Of a stretch of 64,000 bases of DNA, positions 52,211 to 64,000 are shown piece by piece. Where the stretch lies: NCBI GenBank assembly GCA_038496445.1, contig JALMLS010000370.1, positions 1 to 64,000 of the forward strand, given 5' to 3'. The DNA comes from Trichosphaerium sp. ATCC 40318 (lineage: Eukaryota; Protista; Tubulinea). The notes beneath the pieces are model-generated. The model was not told where the DNA came from, did not search any database, and saw only the letters and a program-made list of their open reading frames with translations. The number at the start of each line of letters is the position of its first letter. The first letter of the stretch is position 1. The translations under genes were made by a program, and so were the position numbers.

Positions 52211-52771
52211 TTATGATGCTAGCTGGTCTAGGGCGCTCCTGCTAAAAAAAGAATATGAATATTCAGGCTTTGTGCTAAAACGTCACCACATACCTTGTGA
52301 TTCTTTGCTGAGTCCTTCTTTGCAAACTGTTTTTCAAGCTCATTTAGATCTTCCTGTTGAACTTTAGAATATTAGAATTGCACTCGGTACGTACAATTAT
52401 CGATTGTGGTAGCCCAAACAATGTTGTGCAGGTTATAGAAGCTGTTTTTTGAGCTTCTGGAGCAAGAGTGAATGCTGGGTAATCCCCGGATAAGTCTTTG
52501 AATTTTAAGGGCAACAATGGCTCTATGTTGCCTCCTTGTACTGTTATGGCGCAACGTGAGCTACCCACAAGAGGCTTTTTGCCTATCAAGGCTAGTGATC
52601 GCGAATCTCTTTTGGATGGCTACACACATATCAATATTAAGCACATAGGTGAGCACTGTGTACTTGTTTGGTGCTAGCAGCATCTGTATGTGTTTGCGGT
52701 GCCTCGCAACACCCTCTATAAGAGGCCCAGTGTTGAGTGTGTACAGGTGTAGTAGTTTGTGCGTCGTTCAT
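52211..52771 (-). CDS. About 140-aa orphan protein
   Basis: Four exons joined by three short GT-AG introns: MNDAQTTTP..STKQ|PSKRD..QSII|EDLNELENSLQRRTQQRITS|RSALDQLAS*. Confidence 0.6.
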
Positions 52772-53090
52772 GGGAAAGGTGTGATTCTGTGTGAGTAAAT
52801 GTGGTAATACCCTTTCAACAGCAAAAAAGGTAATAGTAAACCAAAACCGGCAACCGCACACAGAGTTCTGCGGCCTTGCTTTAAGATATGCGCTAGATGT
52901 ACGCTGTGTTAGCTTCGATCGTTTTTTACTCAGAAACGTCATATTGAATAGGCAATGAGTGCAGGCCACTAAAACCAGGCTCAAACATCATCGTAACATT
53001 GCTAACCTGCGAAACAAAATTTTGGTTTTTTTGGCGTGCATAATTTTATTGTACGTGCACAGGTATTTATTTACAAGGGTGGCAACGAGC

Positions 53091-54637
53091 CTATTGATAT
53101 TCGAGAATAGGCTCGCCGACCTTATCCACCGCCGGAATGTTACATTTTAAATCAAAGGATTTTGCCAATGCAATTTTAAATACCTTATCACTATGTTAGA
53201 AATACTGCTTAACAGAATTGTATAAATGCAACTACACCCTTCTTCTACAGAAGACGGCGTTCGAACAAAAAATATAGCTACTGACGTGCCTTTTGTACGT
53301 TAATGGAATGCGATGCAGACGAAAATATAAGAGGAGCTTTCATTGCTTTGGCAAAACGGCGAGCCTTGAGGTGGTAGTCAGTACAAGAGTATATATTTTT
53401 TCAGTTATATTTTTTGTTTGTTTCATATCAAAAAACTGAACCAAAAAAAAAAAGCAATAAATCAAAAAAGCCCAATTTCAGTTTGATAGATTACCTGAGC
53501 AGTAATCTCCTCTTGTTCCTGGTCATCGAATGTTGCGAACATGTCGTACTTTGTACCGATGAGAAATGGTATAGCAGTCTACAAAAAAGGTTAAGACCGC
53601 CGACTAAATTTACAAAAGCAGTGCACAAAATAATTGAGAGTGATTTTTTACCTTATTGAAGCCTCTGGCTTGGCGATACCACTCCCGGATTGAGTTTAGC
53701 GTTCCCTTTCTCGATAAATCGAACATAAATAAAATTACGACCGCATCGTTACACACAAGCGGAAGCATGTTAACAAACTCGCGTTGTCCTAGACGAGTAA
53801 GAATAATATAATTCAAAGCAAAATTCGCTCGATACGAACACAAGGAAGCCCAATTTAATTTCACACTGAAAAAGCGCTCCACGCCAAAAAAAAAAAAAAG
53901 CTCTCAAATAGAATTGTAGCTTGTCCGAATAAAGGTCTTACCACCTAGATCCCATATACTGAAGGTTATTTCCGTTCCTTTTACTCGTACAGTTTTTTCC
54001 ATAAAGTTTACACCTACGCGCATTTAAAAATTATTTTTTTCAACTAGAATTGTAGATCTCTACTATATAGTTGAATACTAGATCACTCCGACCAATAAAA
54101 TAGCATAATTTTTTTTTTTGGTTAAAGTTGAATTTGTAACGTTATGGTTTGTCGTATTTGCTTACCCAACGTCTGGATGTAGTCGTCATCGAATGTATTT
54201 TCAACGTATTTAACCATGAGTGATGTTTTGCCTGAAGAAGCGTTAAAAAAAATCTGACCAAGGAGTGGTTTTGCAACTGATTCTAACAGTGACAACTATT
54301 TGTAGATCGATAGTAAAATTTCACCCACAAAACACTCCGTAAGTAAATGTGGAGTAAGCAAACCAGCAGATTACTGAAATATTTTTAAAAGCGAGTGTAA
54401 AACCGTTTGCGCAATGTAAGTAATAGCAAGTTTTGATGCAGCTTTACCAGGCCGTAATTAGAATTGCTTTTAATCAAGCGCTGTAGGATCACCACAGATG
54501 AAAGCAAAATACGTAGCGGCAAACACCGGAACTTGTAATGTACCTATTGCTGCGTCGCCAACCATCCCAACTTTCAGCACAACCCGGTTTCTCTTGCCCT
54601 CGCGCAAGCCTCGCGTAAACTTATTTTGGCTCGCCAT
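53091..54637 (-). CDS. TEM1: Septum-promoting/mitotic-exit GTPase Spg1/Tem1
   Basis: [69 protein letters not shown]; GC donor at 53289. Confidence 0.95.
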
Positions 54638-54759
54638 CGTCGTTGTGCAAACTCGGATGAAGTTGGTTTCTTTTAGTACACTTTCAAAAAGAAAGAATTT
54701 GCCTGACGACGAAACTTAAAATCGCAGCGCGTTACGCAAAGCACAAAGGTAATAATAAG

Positions 54760-58939
<4,180 letters not shown>

Positions 58940-59487
58940 TCAAATGATTTTGTTACCATTTTTTCTAAACTTAGTAGGAAGCTACTGTATCAACTATGAC
59001 AACAGGGCCAACTGATATGTCAGTAGATTAAAAAGAGAGACCAAAAGAACCTTTTTTTGGCTAATTTGGTTGTATTCAAATAAAAAAAATCCAATACTTG
59101 ATAACCTCGTCGCCATAGTTGGTGACGAAATAACGCATCACACCTTTTCACTCTCACATCATATCAATCTTCGAAGACTTTGCTCGAGAATTTTATCGCA
59201 GACAAAACCCTTTTTTAGTCAATCTTTGTAACGTACGTTAAGTCTTTGGGTTGTCTATCCATTAGAATTACTTGTGATAGTTGTTATTACTTTACGGTTG
59301 TTCTCATTATCGTAAGTTAAAAGAAACGCGTAAATTAGGAACCAATTATTTACCTAAGTAATTAGTGCGTACAGCTATCGCTGAGGCACAATAAATCGGC
59401 ATGGTTGTTGGATTCAGGACATTTTGAACTGCTTGGTTTTAGAAAACGCTGAAGGTGTCTTTCTCACCTTACCTTGGGACGCATAGT

Positions 59488-62475
59488 ATGAGGAGGGATA
59501 GTGATGGTTATAAATATGGTGTAAACACGTATGCGTCTTACAACATGCCGAAACTTTCCGATCTGATTTTCAAACGCCCCACACATGCACCTAAAAACGG
59601 TACAGTGCGAATCAGTACAATAACTTTTCCTAATTTATTTCTTAGCTACTTACCGGCCTCAATGGCAATCAGACGATACTGTTGAGCTATGTGTAAGATG
59701 TAGAAGTAAATTTAGTGCTTTACGGCGACGACACCATTGTAGAGCTTGTGGTAACATTTTTTGCAGTAGCTGCGCTAAGCGCTTTGCTAAACTGCCAGGT
59801 ATGAACCGAATAATTTTCGTACCAACTCGTTTGAATTTAATTTTGTCTTTTAGCACGCTTTGGTTATGTAATGGCTGAAAGAACTTGCGAGGAGTGTTAT
59901 TGGAAATTCGCAGAGGTGTAAGTGCCTGTTTTTTCAGTTGGTTCTCAAACTCTATACAGTGCTCCTGGCAAGGTAGGAAAAACCTGCCCTCTACGCCAAC
60001 GATCTCTGCTTCAAGGTGAAGGTGCTGGGTGCCTAGACGATAGCTCTATCGGATCTCTGTTGTTAACTGCATCATATCTACCGGGTGAGAGCCTTGAGGC
60101 CGGAAGAAATCAGGTAAGCTTCGAACCCTGTATTTGTACGCTAATGGTCATCTCGTAGATGCAAGCCGAGCTCCTGGGCCAGGAACGTCAACGCGTGAGT
60201 GTCTATTTATTCAATTTCATTATTATTTCGTCTTGTTAACCGCGTATCACGTTCAGGAGCTCGTTCTTATTAGCTTAACAAATTATCGTGTAATTCTCAA
60301 ATCTTTACCATTCTCCTTGCTGGGTTCTGTAAGTTTTCTATTATTTTTTAAAAGTGGTTCTAAATACTCATTTTAGGTGCCTCTTGCTAGTATCTGTCAA
60401 ATTGAGAGACATGGACAAGAGGTCGTCTTTACTTGTTATGATAGCCGCACAATACGTGCTCGTATATTCACAGAAGAGCACAGTGACAGTCAATGGTTAG
60501 AATCTGAGCACTGTAGCCTGAGATGTACAATTTTATTTGACATTTTTTAGGTTGACACAGTTTGTGCGTACTCGCGCTTCTCTGTTGCAATCTGGGAATA
60601 AGGAGCAATCTTTTGCTTTTTCTAGATGGCAACATTCTCAAGACAGTGCTAATGAGGCTGGTTGGCATATATTCGATATGGATAAGGTTCGTCCTAATGA
60701 TGTATTGACTGCTCATCATCTTGTTTTACTAGCATTTCGAGCAACGCCTAGCTGATTCTTCTGCTTGGCGTATTAATGATATGAATGCGTCTTATGAAGT
60801 TTGTAAGACATATCCTGCTACATTGGTGTTACCCAAGCTTCCTAATGGCATAATTCTTCGCGTTGCTGAAAAATACTCACATAAAAGGTAAACATGAAAA
60901 TATCCCTTTTGTATTAAAACAAAAATTGATATTAGATTTCCTGTACTTTGTTGGCGTGGTACAGGTGGCCAATGTATTCTTCGTTGTGCTAGACTAGAAT
61001 CCAGTAGCGACGAGACTGAGCATGATATTCCTAATTACCTACAGGCTGTGGCTAATAGGTAGGTCGTCACAAGAATAGACATATTTGTTTGACATGTTTC
61101 TTTAGTAACCCAAGAAACAATACATTGTATGTAGTTGATTGTGGAGATCGTACTGCCAGTGTACATGAGATAAAGTTAGAGTTTGTCAAGACCATTTATG
61201 CTGAGCTGGATGACCATGTACATATTTCAAAAAGCTTTAATAGACTTCACGCTGCAATAAACAGTCGTCGTGGCGATTCTTGGCTTTATTACCTTGATAC
61301 AAGCGGCTGGCTTCAAGTACGTTTTTCATACTCTAAGGACACACTTTTAGTTTGTATACACGGGCATCACGTTAACTGAGCTGTATTTTAGAACATACGG
61401 CGTATACTAACTGTATCAATTAACATTGTACGGCTTATTAAACGAAAAAAAAGCAGTGTCATTATACAGAGTCTAAAAGGCAAGGACAGGGCATCACAGG
61501 TATTCGATAAACATTTATATTACAACGTCATTAGCTAAAAACAACGTGCTAAGGTCAGTGGTGTCGTGCAAGTACTTCTAGATCATCGGTATCGCACCTG
61601 TGAAGGGTTGGAGCAGTTAATAGAAAAAGAATGGTGTTCTTTTGGTTATCCCTTTGCAAAACGATTCCGTGCGTCATTTTTATTTTTGTTGTTGGTTAAT
61701 ACTGTTCTTTGTTATGTCTAATTCTTGTAGATGTTGATAAAGAGTGGTCTGTCGGATTTTTACAGTGGATTGAATGTATATACCAACTTCTCCGACAGTT
61801 TCCTCATGCTTTCGAGTTTAATGAGGTATCATCATTTTTTTAACTATACTTGTTTATAACACCCTGTTATAGCATTTTTTGGCGGCTATTATAGACGCTG
61901 TGTACACTTCAAGATTTGGCACATTTTTATATAACTCTGAGCGATCCCGTGTCAGTGCTAACTTGTCAAAGGTTCGTTCTTTATCAATGACAATTACAAC
62001 AAAAAATAAGAAAACAAAACCTAACATGTGGTAGTTGACAAAGTCGGCTTGGGCCTGGTTAAACGCACCATCAATGCGTGCGCAGCACTTAAACAAATTT
62101 TATAGATCTATGGATTTAGTGTTGGCTCCTAATGTCAAAGCGCGGTCCATTAAGTTATGGGAGGTACATTAAGTTCAACACAGTCAACTCAATATTTTTA
62201 TTGACATTTGACTTTTAGAATTTCTGGTTGCGATGGGATTTGCAGTACAAGCCATCCAGTATTTGGAGTGAGTGTGAGGAAGCCTTCACCGAAGAAACAC
62301 GGATACAAACAGAACTGGTATGTACCTTTATTAACGAGTCACTTCCTTGCAGATGTGTAATTTGACTCACTCCTTCGTTTCATAGGCACTTGAGGTGCAG
62401 CGGTTAACAGAACGCTTACAAAAGCTAAAATCAGAGGCAATGAATCATAGTAACGTTGCATCTCGGTCATTGTAA
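59488..62475 (+). CDS. N-terminal FYVE + myotubularin-related pseudophosphatase with C-terminal coiled coil
   Basis: WQSDD..CVRCRSKFSALRRRHHCRACGNIFCSSC; myotubularin motifs WRINDMNASYEVCKTYP, LIEKEWCSFGYPF, QFPHAFEFNE, FGTFL. The active-site position reads IQSLKGKDRASQ. Confidence 0.88.
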
Positions 62476-62769
62476 ATTAAACATTATTAATATCACGTTA
62501 AAACGCATGTCAACCGTCTACAACGACCAATGCCAACCCTCTTGTTGATGTCTTCAATTCTACAAGAACAAATGACGTTGACATCTTCCTTGTATTCCTT
62601 CCAAAACCACTTTACAAGTCGTCAACGACTTCTTGGGTCAACCAGGAGCTTACTTCGGTTTCCAGCACATCTTTTTACTAACTTGAACGGTCCAGACTTT
62701 GGGTATTTGAGCGCAAAACCTAAACTCGAGAATTTCAAAAAAAAGTCGTTGCGTGGCTTTACACTGGCC

Positions 62770-64000
62770 ATGAGACCGTTATTACTGGCCATAGTACTCG
62801 CTCTATGGATATACGCGTGTTCGGGTCTGGGGTGCAACCCTATAGAAATTAAAACCGCATGCCAGTACGCGAATAAAACAGACCCCTTATCCATATTTGT
62901 GCCCTATGCTGATCAACAAACGCTGTTATTAAATTATTCGGGCGTTTCGTGGTCTATCGCTAAAACCCTTTCAGCCAGTAGGCGGTACGTAGTGTTACTT
63001 TGCTTTTTTTAAATCGACAACCACAAATGGCTTCCCTTGCTCCAAAACCAATTTTGGCAAGTCCTCGTATTTACAATCTAACCAGTGACGTAGCTGTGGG
63101 CAGTTAGCAAAAGATTTACTTTGCAAGGTAAAAAAACACATCAAAAAATCCTTTTTTGGACAAAAATTTGAGGCGATCAATAAAAGCTTACATATTTAGC
63201 GTGTATATCGCCCTTGTGAAGGATTTAATACACAAAGAGCATGTAAAAGCACATGTGAGACATTCATTAATGAATGTAGTCGTCTCCTTGCTTATGTACA
63301 AGCACCAAATTGTTCAGAAACTGAAACTTTCTTTGGTACGTTTTTTTTTTGATTGACCCAAGTTTGGTCCTTTATCTCCGTACAAATTTTTTATATTCTC
63401 TATGTAGGTATTACAAACGATGCCTATGATTCAAACCCTGATACGTGCAATCAATTAGAGGTTTCGGTACAGCCTCAAGATTGTATGTCTCCTTTTAAAT
63501 GGGATCCTCAAGCTGGTCCAGATGAACCTCCTTGTGGTCTACCCTGTCCTGTATTAACAAAAGATGATTGTACCACAACTTATTGGGTATGTGAAAATGT
63601 CACATAGTTGGTGATTCCTTTTGCTGACTGCTAGTAGTTGGAGGTTATTTTGGTGCCATTGTCAACTATTTTTGGTCTTTTTGCTGCCATAACGTTGACT
63701 TCTCGTAAAGAGTATGCAGCTACATTTCACCTTCATAATTAAGATACTTACATGGGTATATAGGAGGCGCCAATTTCCGCAAAATATTTACCTTTGTGCT
63801 GTGTGGTACGACCATAATTTGATTGTGCACAAAACCTTTCTCGCTTGTCTCTGTTTCTTAAGCAATTCACAGGGCTGCTATCATTGCCACGCTTCCACAC
63901 TACCCTACTATTGTGATACCACGTGATAAATTAATGTGCAGAAATACTGCACGTCATCGTATAGATTTTCATCCTGAAAACACGTGGTGCATCCTACAAG
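62770..64000 (+). CDS. Frizzled/Smoothened-like receptor (partial, runs off window)
   Basis: Signal peptide; Cys-rich FZ-like domain (CGQLAKDLLC..YRPC..CKSTCETFINEC..C); CGLPCP linker; TM1; RRQFP-type TM2 start. Confidence 0.75.

Overview
AT-rich (roughly 35% GC by eye), gene-dense eukaryotic nuclear DNA, probably a protist. The Frizzled/Smoothened-like receptor, AMT1, Tem1/Spg1 and Deg2-type protease fit an amoebozoan-like lineage, but that is inference. It uses the standard code. Genes are split by many short introns (mostly about 30-60 nt, GT-AG plus several GC-AG), so the ORF track shows only fragments; I rebuilt about 25 genes by hand-splicing. Recognised genes: glutathione peroxidase with a SECIS element, AMT1/MTA1-type 6mA DNA methyltransferase, oligopeptidase A, EMC8/9, SagB-type nitroreductase, PCL/ASH2-like PHD-winged-helix protein, THUMP RNA methyltransferase, PILS transporter, Deg protease, AIFM2-like oxidoreductase, divergent PCNA, AATF, Tem1/Spg1, USP4/11/15, FYVE-myotubularin and an Fz/Smo-like receptor. 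Most interesting: (1) a 3-exon, 83-aa orphan gene nested antisense inside the one long intron of the AMT1 gene; (2) at least 53 copies of the palindrome CACGTG against about 6-7 expected, in exons, introns and intergenic DNA; (3) a SECIS element behind a GPx whose Sec exon is lost at a chimeric junction; (4) a 4-nt microexon; (5) GTACG/GCACG-biased splice donors. Positions 1-1.7 kb and 11.3-12.1 kb look like assembly chimeras.
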